Of a DNA stretch of 64,000 bases, positions 13,289 to 27,100 are shown piece by piece; position 1 is the first letter of the stretch; every line of letters begins with the position of its first letter. Where the stretch lies: the NCBI RefSeq assembly GCF_006345805.1, contig NC_043014.1, forward strand, positions 38,316,001 to 38,380,000, written 5' to 3'. The position numbers and the translations under genes are program-made. The stretch comes from Octopus sinensis (lineage: Eukaryota). The notes beneath the pieces were generated by a model. The model was not told the DNA's origin, did no database searches, and saw only the letters and a program-made list of their open reading frames with translations.

Positions 13289-15419
13289 TATATATATATA
13301 CACACACATGATGGGCTTCTTTCAGTTTCTCTCTACAAAATCCGCTTACAAGACTTTGGTTGGCCCAAGGCTATAGTAGAAGACACTCGCACAAGATTCC
13401 ACACAGTGGGACTAAACCTGGAGCCATGTGGGTAGAAAGCAAACTTCTTACCACACATCCATGCTGTGCCTATGGTATAATGTATCACACTTTAACAAGA
13501 TGTCTTTAGTGTCAGGTGTAAAACTGAAGTATGATGTTCTGAATGTCCTAATGTTTCTAAGGTTGGATATAAAAATGAGGTGTGGAGTGCCACCTTTTAA
13601 CTCAGGACATAACAGGTGTCACATAGAAAATGTGATACTATGTATTTACATTTCAATGTAGACATCCCAGATTTCAGATTCACATTTCAATCTTGACATC
13701 TCTGGTGTCAGGTACTCAGACACACTACTAATCATCCCAGACAACCCCCATCACCCCAAGTGTCAAGTTCTAAAAAAATGTGAAAACCTATTTCTTTACT
13801 ACCCACAAGGGGCTAAATACAGAGGGGACAAACAAGGACAGACAAATGGATTAAGTCGATTATATCGACTCCAGTGCGTAACTGGTACTTATTTAATCGA
13901 CCTCGAAAGGATGAAAGGCAAAGTCGACCTTGGCGGAATTTGAACTCAGAACATAGCGGCAGAGGAAATACTGCTAAGCATTTTGCCCGGCGTGTTAATG
14001 ATTCTGCCAGCTTGCAACCGAAATAAGTCCTGGGGCTGATTTGCTCGACTAAAGGTGGTGCTCCAGCATGGCCAGTTAAATGACAAACAAGTAAAAGAGA
14101 GTAAAGAGTATTTGACAGTGTAATCTGAACGTTAAAGGGTTACTTCTGAGGGTCCTTAATTTACTATTTTTGCTTGCATGGACATTCCCTTAAAATCTTA
14201 TAGGGACCCGGTTGAGAACCACTGTTTTAAACAAAGGTGTCTGCGCCTGTTCCCGTGTTTGCATGAATGTTCAAGAGCATAGTAGATTCATGCATGCAGC
14301 TGTGCTTGCTTGCATTGGCTTGCACTTATCTAGAGCATAATAAATTCGCTTGTATATTACTTATTACACGTGAATCTTCTTAAATTTAATAGAACAGGTG
14401 CTGGTGTCAGCTCATGTAAGCGTTTATCAAAAGAGAGTAGAGGGACTGCACACCTATTATATATATATAATTTTTTTGCTGGTTTTAGTATGTGCGTGCG
14501 TGTGCTTTATTTGTAAAACCAGGAACAGGTTTATATATACTAATGTCACCGAGAGACAGGAGTGAGTGAACGAAATTGAAAGAGAAAGGGCGTCACTGTA
14601 ACGACGTCCGGTTCAAGATATCCTTGATATGGGGGCACAAAGGAATGTGTGTGCGCGCGCACGAGTGTATATATATGCGTGTGTGTATGGTATATATATA
14701 TATATATATATATAGACATAAGGGGCAGCCACGCTCTGTAATTATATGGTCTACTAGAGTACAAAGCATTTAACATACATCATGCGATATATATACCTGT
14801 ACTGTGCTGTCAGCGTCTTTGTCGCTTGGTTTTCGCTTTTCTATATATTTTAACGTGAGCGATTTATGCTGATAAAAGTTTCGGGGATTTTGATTTTAAT
14901 TCTTTGGTTATAGCTGTTAGACTCTGTTATGGATTTAGGTTAAACTGAAGTGCTAACAGTACTCAGTAGGGGGTTTATTGTTCTGGTATCAGTTACGTTA
15001 GGTAAGGGTCCTTTGTGCTTTTAAAGCTTCTCGACGCATTAGATTGTTTGTGGACGTTTAAATCACCTTAAAATATAGCTGAACATCATACACATACACA
15101 AATATGCCATAGTACTTTTGCTTTGTAGCCAGCACGGCTAAGGCCATGCTGGAACACAAACGTCAGATCTGAATGTTCTAGTATTTAATTCATCAACTCT
15201 AATATAATCAAGACTTCGATGGTTTTTTTTCTTTATTTCCGTTCTAAGACTTTTACAGATGGTTGATGTGGTCTGTTCGAAAGAAATGCATCCGAATAGC
15301 TTTTAGAACATCTAAAGAAGAAAACTTCAGTCACATTTTGTCATAATTTTCGCAGACAATCGTATAATACCGAGTATTTAAATGCCCAACTGTTGTTGCA
15401 TACGGTTTCAATATGCAAG

Positions 15420-15462
<43 letters not shown>

Positions 15463-16712
15463 TGATCGTCTCCTAGATATCTGAAGCTTATACTTATGGA
15501 GTAAAATAAATCTAAACACAAACGGAAGAAATACGTTATGCTGTCTTTGTTGATAAAGATGTGGTTGACATAACCAATCTTCTGCCTTTGCAGATATGAC
15601 TGAGACGGGAGTTTGAGGAAGATTAGCAGAGATAGTAAAAAACGAGGCACAATATCTTGCAGATTAGTTACACCGCCTAGTTGAAATACCCTTGGGATTG
15701 ATAAAATAAGCATCAGTCAAGTGTTGTGATCAGTGTATGTGTGTATAAATGGTTTAAGTTGACTAAACACTTCCTTTAATGTTTGTAGCTGGTACACAAC
15801 GTTAGAAGTTATCATAATTAAGGTGAATTGACCGAAACAAAAAGGTAACACTTCAGTTTCAGCCATCTTATTCATGGGGAAGAACAAGGAAGTTTTTGCT
15901 ATTTCTGTTTCGTACAACGAGAATTATGATTGTAAAAGAAATTTTTCTTTTCAAATTTTTATTTAATCAGTTCCGTACCATTTTCTTCTCCATAAGGTAA
16001 ATGATAGCTCTTGAAGCTTATTTCAATTTTCCATCTTTAAAGACCCCCCCCCCCGACTTCTGAACTTCAATGGCATGAAGGCAACGAAAGAATGATACAG
16101 TTCAATGTTTTTTACCGTTCAGAATTCATACACTATCGGTATTGACTTTTCCCTTTAATACTTTCTAAAATGGGTGATTAACAAATAATAAATATTGACC
16201 ATAAATATTAGTATTGTCTGCAGTGTATAATCAAAAGAAATCGATGAAATAATGAAAGTGCAAGGCAGACGTGTCAGTTACTTTCGTATATTGTAGGAAC
16301 ATTTACCATTATATCATCTTATCTGCATTAACGAGGCAACAAAGTAGTGTGTACATATATATATATAATACAAAATGGGGCAAGAACGCAAAACATCCGG
16401 ACAACTAGGTGATACAAAAAGGGACAACAAAACATCCAGATAGACGATACAAAAAACAAGGACGGGTCATTCGAAGCCTTTTATCCTCAGTCAAAAACCG
16501 GATCATCCTCGCAATTTCGGCAGATTAATCTTGAGATTGCTCCAATCTGGCCAGCCCCAAGGAAAAACTAAGCTAAGAGCATTCGATTCCTTGGAAAAAA
16601 GCATCGAATGTATACGAAAACAAAGACGGAAAACACACGATGTTACACGAATATAAATACAAAAATACAATAAAATAAATAATAACAGGACATATATATA
16701 TATATATATATA

Positions 16713-16745
<33 letters not shown>

Positions 16746-18730
16746 TATAGTCGCGCGAAGTGTTAGAGAAAGCAGTCAAACCAACCCCAAACAAAGAAAA
16801 AGACACCGGTTCATGTAATCATTGGTACATGATACCTGGAAACAGACTAGACGGTCAGTATTTGAATGTCTTTAGAATAAATCTGCTTAGTCGGGGTTGA
16901 CATGGGTTTAAACACAAATAACATCTCCCAACAACACAACAATATCAAGTCAACAAAGAACCTTTTTGCAATTGCTCCATCTGCTAGAAATGGAAGCCAA
17001 ATCTCACTTAAATCACATCCTATTGTCTTCAAAAAGACAACACAATTGATAACGTAGTCCTAGATGTACAATATCTTTTTTTAAAAAAAAGGCGAGGGTG
17101 GTTGGTTACGACTTGAAAACCTTTAATCATATGCATATGTCTGCCTATCTGGGCCAACTTGAGACTAAGCAACAAAAGTAATCTTAATAAAAACACTGTT
17201 CATTCCTGACCTCCCTCTCCTACCGTATTGTGTCACTCGACCAAAAATGCAAACTGAAATTGAAGGAAAGCAGTCTAGGGCAAAAGTTTGTATGTTAAAA
17301 ACTTTCTTCCCCTCCACAACCGCCATCTCACCACCAATGAAATTTAAACAAATAACAACGAAAACAATGGGGAAAAGTAGCAAGTGGACAGAAATTGCAA
17401 AGCTTGAACCGTCGTGAAATATCCATGACAGTAAGAGAAAAAGAAAAAAAACCCAGAATAATAATATTTAAAAAAAAAAAAAAAGAATGCGACGAAGGAG
17501 TGAAAAATAGATATGACGAAACAATGAACAGAAGCTTGGCAAGTTTCTTGAGTCTGTCCTGTCGTGTGTCTAACAGATGGAAATGGGTTATTGTCGTCAG
17601 AAGAAAAAAAAATTAACAGTTAAGAGAAAAATAAATAAAGTAACAAAATAATAAACTACCTAAGCAACTAATGAGTTCTTCTTAATTAGGCATGAAGTCT
17701 TTTGGCAAGTTTATTTAATTAACTTGCCCAGGGACAAACAAGTTACGCAGACCTCTCTAGTAAGTAGTAAGTAATAATGATGATGGTGATGAATAGTTGG
17801 TTGCTGGCCAAAGCTAGGCAAGTGTAATGTGATTGATATAAAAATAAGCAAAAAGCAACAGGAAAATAGCAAGCAAACAAAAAATACTATGCAACAAGAA
17901 ACTGAAATTTAAAACAAAGAAACCTAAGCCGCGTGCTTGTTAGGTGTGTATGTGTGTAAGTTTCTAGCGCTACGTTGTCCGAACGTTTTCAGGTATTATC
18001 GATCTAGCCAACAATAGTAAATAAATTAAATGCATTAGCCAAGATTTTCAACGTAAAATGATATCAAGACACAAGATAGGTACTTATAATTTAACATGAT
18101 AATAATGATTGTTTCAAATTTTGGCACAAAGCCAGTAATTTTAGTGTAGAGGGTAAGTCGACTACATAGACGCACTGTTCAACTGGTACTTATTTCGGCA
18201 GAATTCTGCTTTAAGCACGCCATATAACCCACCCCCATAACTTCTTTATTATTATTATTATTATTAATATTTTTTGAATTCTGGGAAAGATTTTGCGAAT
18301 TTATATTCTACACACGGGAATTCAGATGACTACGAAAAAGTAAAATTTTTTAAATTAAAACAAAAAATCAGTTAATTTTTCGAATTTTTCTCGGGACAGT
18401 CCGATTTTTTTTTTTTAAATTCTGTGTTTATGGGGAGAAAGATATTGAAAAACATCAATCTGTCAGACTGACAGACAAATGAGGAGGATATGAGGTGGTC
18501 GTGAAATGTGCTAAAAATAACTAAATAGGCATTTCCAAAGGGACAAAAGATAACTTAACGAATCGAAAGAAACGCTAAGTATTTTGTCCGACGCACTTAC
18601 GTTTCGGCCATCTCGCTGCCTCAGTATTAATTATAATACTTTATTGACCAGAAAATAAGGAAAAGCGCTCACTACAAAAACTTCCTTCCATAATTTCTCT
18701 GTCTACCTTTTTTAAAGATTTTTTTTATTC

Positions 18731-19193
18731 CAGCGCCGTTGCGAGCGCAACATCACTTGCAGAAAGTGGGCAATATACCACCAGCATTGCCCAAACGACC
18801 TGAACATCAGAGTCAGAAATCATCCAAGGCTGGGGGTCACCTCCCATACGCCCTCTGCACAATTCAGACCCACAACACACGAATTCACTGTAACGTAATT
18901 TGTTTTCTTCAATAGGCCCTGCTCTATTAAACATTATACCAAAACAAAATCAAGGAAAAAAATCTCATCATCTTCAAACGAAATCTGGATAAATGTCTTC
19001 AAGAGATATCAGATAAGCCACCTATACCTGGCTACATTTCAGTCAAGAACATCTCCCTACTTGAACGGGCCATGATACCACAAAACTTGATTTAAAAAAT
19101 GACTTGACAGATCCTATCAGAGGACTTAATAGATCCAAGTTAGACATGGCCTGGGCCAATCTTTGGCCGAAGCATATCTAAGTTATCTAAGTA
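18731..19193 (+). mobile_element. CR1/L2/Crack-group LINE 3' relic
   Basis: Across frameshifts: QRRCER...HPRLG, NLFSSIGPALLNIIPK, IFKRNLDKCLQEISDKPPIPGY, then a short UTR ending in a TATCTAAG repeat. Confidence 0.7.
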
Positions 19194-21450
19194 ATAAATT
19201 TTAAATTAAGGAAGTCTTCAAGGATATTTTCATCAACATACATCACGCTTAACGTGTACATGATGTGAAACCCAGATGGTTTTTTTACTATGTTTGGCGG
19301 GGGCTTTGGGTTTGAATTACCATAAAGAAGTTTGATCTTTAATTCTTTAACGTCAAATGAAATAAATCTGTTTATCAATTTGAAATTATTTTAAATCAAA
19401 GAGAAAACGATTGGAAAGAAACTAAACTAGTTTTCAATATTGAAATTAATCTTTTCTTAATAATAAAGGAAAGCAAAACTGGTTTGTTTCCTTACCACGT
19501 AAGGCCCGAAGTATCTTATGATTAGAAATGAAAGTAGATTCGAATAGGAACTGGAACAGCGTTGCGGACTCCTTTCACAAGGAGCACATCGTTCCAATAT
19601 ATATATATTTTTTTTTAGTAAAGACATTGCCGAGAGGCTCCCAGCTAATGTTGAAGTCCCAAAACTGCTAAAAGTACCTATCAAATTCCTTAAAATTGTA
19701 CGCTACTGGTTAAGAAAAGGTAAAGGGTACTTTAGATAGTGTAGTCTTAGAAGTCTTTAAAATGACGATGATTGATCATAGGTCCGTATAAGCAAGGCTG
19801 GCCAGTACTTATTTTATCGACCTCGAAAGGATGAAAGACAAAGTCGAACCCGGAGGCATTTGAACTCAGATGAAATGTCGCTAAAGATTTTGACCGACGA
19901 GCTATCGATTCCGCTGAGCTCGCCGCCTTCTCTTGTCTATTAATTATTGATTTCTATTGACTAGACATAACATCTCGTCCTTTCTAAAAACGTTAGCAAG
20001 CAATTGATGATGGCTAGGTTTATACAAAACCTAACCATCATCAAAACCTCTTAGAGAACATCGTGGTTAGTTTGAATGACGCAACCCCCATTGTCTGAAA
20101 TGCAACAAGTCAATTTTGATGAGATTTGAACTCAGAAAGGCGAGAATCCTCTTTCTATTATAATTTCATTCACATATGGAATATTTGTCGGAGGAATTTT
20201 CCGTTGAGTAACTTCCTCCGACAAACTAGTTACAATTCCAAAATCACTGTGAAAAGTCATCTCGTTAGGTTGACTCAATGAGTATTTCAAAGAATGAGGT
20301 ATATTCGCTAAAAATGAATTGAAGTTGCTACAAATACCCGTATTTATTGCTCTCTAGGAAGACGACAAATACAATCAATTTCCATCTTTCTCCAGTAGGG
20401 ATTCAAGCTCATACCTTTGCAATTATTTCCCCCTAACCTCTTTACACACGCAGAAAATTTATCTTGAAATGAGACGAGGAAACGAATGCCCTGGTGTTTA
20501 TGCTTTCCTCAAACAAATCCAGGAAACAAAAGCTGAAACAACTTTAGAGGATGCAACAAGCATATATATATATATATATATAATCAATTAACGGTAACTC
20601 GATCGGTAGAAAAATTCATTCACTAAGGTCTCTCGGGGTGACTCACTTTATATCTTGCTGTCAACTCTGCAAGTACTAAATAATTATTGACACTGTCTGT
20701 AGTACGAGTCTAAGTACTGTTATTAACCCTACAATAAATATTATCATTATCTAAACGAATTAGGTCTTACTTGATAGTCCTTACCATGTAATAGTATCAG
20801 TCAAATCACACAAGACAGACAGACAAGACACAGACGTTCGTTCACTCACTCACCAACACACAATATAAACATATATAGTGTGTGTGTGTGTGAGGGGGGC
20901 AGCTGGAGATAACAAGTAAACTAGCTTGATGATGATGGCGAAGGAAGAAAAAGGGAAATAGAAATGACTTATAAATGTGAACCTCTTTTATGTTATACGT
21001 GTTTGTGTGTGTGAAAAAAAGGGAGAGAGAGAGAGAAAAATATGAATGGATGGATGGATGTGTGTTAGGGGAAAAAATAAAGCTTGCAACCTAATGAAAA
21101 TATTTTTAAAGAAGAGAAACTTTCGCTATCTAGTAAAAACAAAACTCCAGATTTATGTGTGTGTGTGTGTACATATATATATATATATAAATATCCGCTA
21201 TCTAGTAAAAAATAAACCAACACTCCTGTCACAACCTGGGACCTTGAAGACTGCTTTAATGCAAGAAAGTATACTAGTCCCTGAATATTTTATATTCAAT
21301 AAGACAATCAATACTTCATTTCATTTTACTATATATACTATATATTCTATATTAATATTATAAATAAAACATTTAAAAAAACAGTTGGAATTCCTTTGAA
21401 TAATATACATATACATATATATATATATTATATATATATATACATACATA

Positions 21451-21653
21451 ATAACAAAGGGTAAAATTAATTAAATAAGAAGTAATCAATAATTTCACCA
21501 AGTAGAATTCGGCATGAAAAAAGGACCATTTCATGGTAAACTTAAGTAATACTTAATAATTTAGGGTTCAGCAAAGTTTTGCTTTACCACATACCGAAGT
21601 TTAGAAATAGCAGCCAAAAAACGTTAGCTATTTCTCCTACTCTAAAACGGGAC
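21451..21653 (-). mobile_element. Truncated copy of the 51792-52323 family, lacking the hammerhead
   Basis: Reverse complement aligns by eye to 52120-52323 (for example ctacttggtgaaatta and gctatttctaaa); flanked by TA repeats. Confidence 0.65.
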
Positions 21654-22129
21654 ATATATAAATACATACATATACAAAAATATATATATAATATATATAA
21701 TATATATATATAGATATATATATATATATATATATATGAGAAGTGATCTTAGAGACGGAAAGGAGCTGTCAGTTAATTGGGTGACAAGGAAGTGAGTGGA
21801 TGTTATGCTTGTGGAAAAGGGGCTTATTACGAGATAGCCCGGTCGGGCCCTCAGGCAACAGGAGATATTATGAATGAATGACTAGCTTAATGAATGAACG
21901 GTTTCCAGGTTTTGTAAGTACAAAGTTATTACAAGCGACTTCGTACAAGCTTGTTCTGCATTAATATAGTAATCACCAACATATCGACAACTACTTTTTC
22001 TAGTTTTGGTTTGTTTGTTTTTTACAAGTGAACGACGGTTTTTGACTGAGAGATTTTTAAATATTAAAGCGAATAAACGACACAAATCAAACGAAACTAA
22101 AATAAACTTTATGAACACCATAACCAAGT

Positions 22130-22358
22130 GGTACTACTAGCGAACAGTGGTCCCGGTGTGCGCACTCGCGCATCTGCGCTAGCTAGCTAGTCGTAAGTAG
22201 TCGATCCTACAATGACTTTTTAACTCTAAACCTAAACCCTAATTTTTTAACCCTAACCCTAGATTGTTTATAAAAATAATTTATTTACTTAGTTTTAAAA
22301 ATTGTAGGATCGACTACTTACAACTAGCTAGCGAGGACCACTGTTCGCTTGTAGTACC
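22130..22358. mobile_element. Merlin-like non-autonomous element (MITE) with a telomere-like core
   Basis: 8-bp TSD AACCAAGT (22122-29 and 22359-66); TIRs begin GGTACTAC and extend imperfectly inward; core aaccctaaccct. Confidence 0.7.
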
Positions 22359-23376
22359 AACCAAGTTACGTACGATTGAAAATTTTCTCAAGTTAAATTG
22401 TAATTAACTTGTGTAATACAATTTTATCTCATTAACAACGTGGATATGATCAAACGGAACAGAGTACGTGTGTGTCTGTGTGTGTGTATTTCAATTATTT
22501 TTTCCTGTTAAAATGTATTTATCATAGACGAATCTTTTCATTAGACATACGTGTAAAAATATCTTGCGTATTTATCCGCAAAAATAAAGACGAAAATTAA
22601 ATTAAATCTATTCTTTTGCAGTTCATATTCATGCACAAATATGTATATGTGTGCGCGAGTAGAGAGAGAGAGAAAGAGGGAGAAGTAGTCATGTTTGTCT
22701 GGAGTCTAGACGTTCGTCAGATGAATACATTTCCGTAAAAAAATACTTCAATAAGATGCTTTTCCGATCCAGATTTATCAAAGGGCTATATATTTCCTGC
22801 ACACAGTCAAATCAGTGAGTTCAGAGTGGAGCACTAGTTAGATAGATGTTTAGTACTAAGTTTAGTTCGTACCTACTCTACTATGTACATATATGTATAT
22901 ATACGAGTGAGTGTGTGTGCGCACATGTATCTGATGGTCGGTAGCAAAGAAAAGAACGTTAACAAATATTGCAGCTAAGAAATAAAGCCGAGCTCTCATC
23001 TATTTAATGCTTTTTTTTTAAACCTGTTTTTTTTTCTTGCTGAATAAATTTAATGTGATATAGCTAAAAGCTGATATCGATGAAAATGAGATAGAGATGG
23101 AAGATAATGGACATTGTCCGTAACCGCAGCTTGCTAAAACTACTTCGAACCGTATTAATAAATAGCTTGATCTGTTATAAATCAGTAAATCTTATATTTT
23201 ACTTTAAAAAGGAACTACAGGCTTCTTAGCAGAATAGAAAAAATAATTTTCAAAGCTGAATTTGGGTGGAAGAATTCTTAGAAGAGTAACAAAGAAAAAA
23301 ATAATAATAGTATAATTAAATAAAAATGAGGATGACGAAAATCGGAGAAGTACAATAAAATAGTTAAATTACAAAC

Positions 23377-23565
23377 CTTTTCACCAGTGCTTTTTTCTAT
23401 AGCCAGCTTCACTTTACCATAAGTACCTTCTCCTATCGTTTCCAGCATTTCGAACCTGTGGCGAAGGTTATGTCTGTGATTATGAATCACAGGTCGGGGG
23501 ATAGCAGTAGTGGTCTGTTCAGCTACCATTGTTGCTTCTTCATCAATTGAGTTCTTGGCAGGCAT
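23377..23565 (-). CDS. NUAK1: First coding exon of a NUAK-family (AMPK-related) Ser/Thr kinase
   Basis: ATG at 23565-23563; 63 codons MPAKN...HNHRHNLRHRFEMLETIGEGTYGKVKLAIEKSTGEK, then a phase-0 donor GTTTGT at 23376. The HxHxHNLxHR(F/Y)ExxETxGxGTYGKVK motif matches the NUAK N-terminus and glycine-rich loop as I recall it. No later exon was recognised in 1-23376. Confidence 0.85.
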
Positions 23566-24699
23566 TATATAAATATGTGTTTGTGTGTGTTAATTATTAA
23601 GGATAGAGAGCGAAAGAAAGAATGTGTGTCTGAAGAAAATGGGTGAAGAAGAATCGCGAAAATATTCAAAGATGACCGGCTTGCTCTCTTATTATTATTC
23701 TGCAGCAATTTGGTGATGCCTTCTTTTGCCACTTGCTGATCGTGCGAAGTAGCACCTTCGTGGCTGGAATGTGTGTCGAGCCAGCAAGTGGAGAAAGATA
23801 TTCTCTAAATCTGGCAACAATATTTGTGGTGTCTGCAGCGGACGGCAATAAGGAAACAGATCTGACTACTGTTTATCCCATTAAGACAGGCGTGTTGCGG
23901 TCAGGAAGCTAGTAGTAAGTCATAACAACTTCAAGATACATCTGTTTGGAACATTTACACTTTGGAATTGAGAAAAGCAAAAATGTAGCGGATTCTTCTC
24001 TTTTAACGACTGGAAAAGATGTGGAAAGTGATGGAATCGAAGTCCCATGTGCCAATAATTGGATTTGTAGTTGTGAAAGAATAAGCTTTTTCCAACGGAA
24101 TATCCTTCATTCGTTCTTATGGACAAATATTCTTGAATTTCTTCCATAAAATATAAACGAACGTTTAATTTTTACAAAAGTTCTTTGCAAAATAGGTGAA
24201 AGAAAGGCACGTTTAGTTTCCAAAAGTCAACAATGAAAATAATAATAATAATTGTAGAGAATAATATTCAAAAAAGTCGATGGGAAGTTATATCTGGGGA
24301 GAAAAAATTAATGATAATAAAAATCAGATATTCCGCAAGAGTTCCAGAAATCTCAAAGGAAAAAAAATTTGACTATATTTCTTAATAGTGTAAAAAAAAT
24401 ATTGAAGGCGTGTGTGAATGTGAAGTCCAACGAAATAAATATTTTTCTTTTGTTTTGTTTTTACAGATAGTAATACGATTCCAATAGGATTAACTGAGAC
24501 CCAAGCTTAGCAGGGTTGATGTTACAAGTGTCTTTTAGTTTTTCCTCAATAACGAAGTGTGTGTGTGTATGTTTAAAAATAAAACGTGTTAAATAATACA
24601 ATAAGAAGGTCAGGAAATATAGAGCCGGTAAACGATACAGTCACATAGGTAGGCTCATCAACAAATAGCTTGTAGTCAAACTGCGAGTTTTATATAAAC

Positions 24700-24900
24700 T
24701 GGTCATACTGCTATAACAAGTAACCTCAGTCGGTAGCCGGGCGTATCGAAGTCTCAGAAATGCCGAGACCGAATAAGCTAACAATCCACACTCAGCAGGT
24801 GCTCCGAGCAGCTGTTTCTGTCACAGGAAGTCATCGAATTAGCTTTCTCCTTGCTGATTGGCTGCCGTTTGTGACGACACAGGGAAATACCCTTTCTTAG
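24700..24900 (-). promoter_or_regulatory. Candidate NUAK promoter region
   Basis: Non-repetitive, CpG-containing stretch about 1.2 kb upstream of the ATG, with a CCAAT box on the minus strand (gattggc near 24857) and an Ets-like caggaagt (near 24824). No transcript evidence. Confidence 0.3.
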
Positions 24901-25010
24901 TTCACAACAGCAGTTCAAGTCGCGAGTCTCTCTCGTTCGTAGTCTTAGCTTTTAATGTTTTACACATGAAATCTGTTTTTAGAAAAAAAAAAAAAAAAAA
25001 AACTGATTTG

Positions 25011-25437
25011 GGATCTTTTCGGTTTGAACGGCAGTTTTTTAAAAATAATTTCCACGTAACTAAACACTTTTAAATTTCGTATACTGGTAGAATGTGTTTA
25101 TAAAACATCTTTTTCTCTTGGCTTTATTGAGAAAATTCTATAGTTTGTAAGATATTTGTTGTTTTATTTTCTTCAATTTCTGCAATTTCAGCCAATCAAT
25201 GACGTCCATTGAGGTAAAAAAAAAACCATTCTGTACCGTATGAATATGTCTCTCGTTTAAGAAACAGATTGGGTTTATTTACATTTGTGAAGAAAAAAAA
25301 AGATACCCTTCCCTCCACCCCTAACCCTAATCCTAAAACAGATTGAAATGCAATAGATCGATACTAGGGTCATAATTATGGGTGACGATTTCATATGACC
25401 CCGCTAGAAAAAACTGCCGTTCAAACCGAAAAGATCC
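25011..25437. mobile_element. MITE with GG...CC ends and an 8-bp TSD (Merlin-like)
   Basis: TSD CTGATTTG (25003-10 and 25438-45); TIR GGATCTTTTCGGTTTGAACGGCAGTTTTT; internal ccctaaccctaa. Confidence 0.7.
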
Positions 25438-25911
25438 CTGATTTGTCCCAAATCTTATCATATATTTCTGATTTTGTTTTGTATACATAAAACGTAGTAG
25501 TATATGGTCAGTTTTAGGGTAAAAATTGTAAGTTATCATTTGTTAGTAGTTCTTCCTTCGCATAAGCGTTCGTCTTTCTATTCTGATAATGTTGAACCAC
25601 AAAGAAAAAGACCGTGTGTGTGTGTGTATATTTAAGATTTGTGTGCATATACACGCAAAAACAAATATATGCATGCGTGTATGTATATGTGTGTGACTGT
25701 TGTATGTATGTTTATATGTCTGCATCGGTGTATAAGTGTGCGTGTGTGTAAATTATATATGGATATGCATGTATCTGTGTGTATATATACACAAACAAGC
25801 ACACACACACATCTTCATTAAGGAAAATATGTGCTCTGTCACTTGTATGGAGTTGCTTGTCTTTATCCATTCATCCATCTCTCTCTCTTTCTTTCCTTCT
25901 CTCTCTCTCCC

Positions 25912-25963
<52 letters not shown>

Positions 25964-25983
25964 CCTATCTATCTATCTGTCTG

Positions 25984-26034
<51 letters not shown>

Positions 26035-26035
26035 G

Positions 26036-26083
<48 letters not shown>

Positions 26084-26130
26084 CCTACCTATCTATCTGT
26101 GTGCAGCCCTGTGTGGCTAATAAAGAAACA

Positions 26131-26222
<92 letters not shown>
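25912..26222. repeat. (TCTA)n plus (TA)n microsatellite
   Basis: Directly visible. Confidence 0.95.
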
Positions 26223-26224
<2 letters not shown>

Positions 26225-26820
26225 TATATCACACAGACACGCACGCTCGCGTTTTAGTCTCTTACCTTATTATTATTATTATTATTATTGTTATCCGAGG
26301 CGTGGTTATTGCTAGTTGAAAAGATTATTATTATTATTATTACTAACTTCTTATAATCATCAATAATAATGACCTTTTTGACTAGTAATACTCTAAATGT
26401 ATATATTTGTCACTACCTGTCATAAATAACCTTTTTATATCTACAATATGCATTTTCGTTGATTTTTATATTTTAACCTATATATATATATATATATATA
26501 TAAATATGTTCTTTTATTCATTTTACTTATTTCAGTCATTAGACTGGGGCCATGCTGGAGCACCTTAGAGGATTTTTAGTCGAACAGATCAACCTCAGGA
26601 CTTTTTTTTTATAAGCATAGTACTTATTTCGTCCGTCTGTTTTGTTGAACTGCTAGCTTACGGGGACATAAACACACCAACGCTGTTTGCCTAGCGGTGA
26701 TAGGGGGACAAACACAGAGGCACGCACACACACACACAATGTATACACACGTACATACATGCATACAGTCACACATCTTTCTATATACATATAAGTATTT
26801 ATATATATATATATATTATA

Positions 26821-26871
<51 letters not shown>

Positions 26872-27044
26872 CAAAATAAGAAAATGGAGGAATACACCTT
26901 AATCAATAATCAACTACCAGATAATACCCATTCACATAATTTATTTACCAACTACTTTATGTATTAACTTTGTTGGGTGCTTTATTGGCAGTATATTGGT
27001 TATATGTTATCCCATGGTGGGTTGCACTCACAACCCCGATCTCA

Positions 27045-27100
<56 letters not shown>

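Noticed and set aside
16440-16560. CTGAGGA hammerhead-like motif on the minus strand in a TA-flanked repeat
   Set aside because: No GAAA at a position compatible with stem II, and no stem I.
16847-17383. Two short minus-strand ORFs (61 and 72 aa) within the NUAK intron
   Set aside because: No recognisable domain, non-ATG starts and no consistent splice sites.
20185-20275. 13-bp hairpin with CTAACGA...GTAAC..GTC on the minus strand
   Set aside because: Two core motifs are mutated and stem II does not pair; too degenerate to call.
22240-22262. Interstitial telomere
   Set aside because: Only a few degenerate units, internal to a TIR element.
23666-23848. uORF upstream of NUAK
   Set aside because: Starts at TTG rather than ATG, and the extent of the 5' UTR is unknown; a possible acceptor at 23630 would exclude it.
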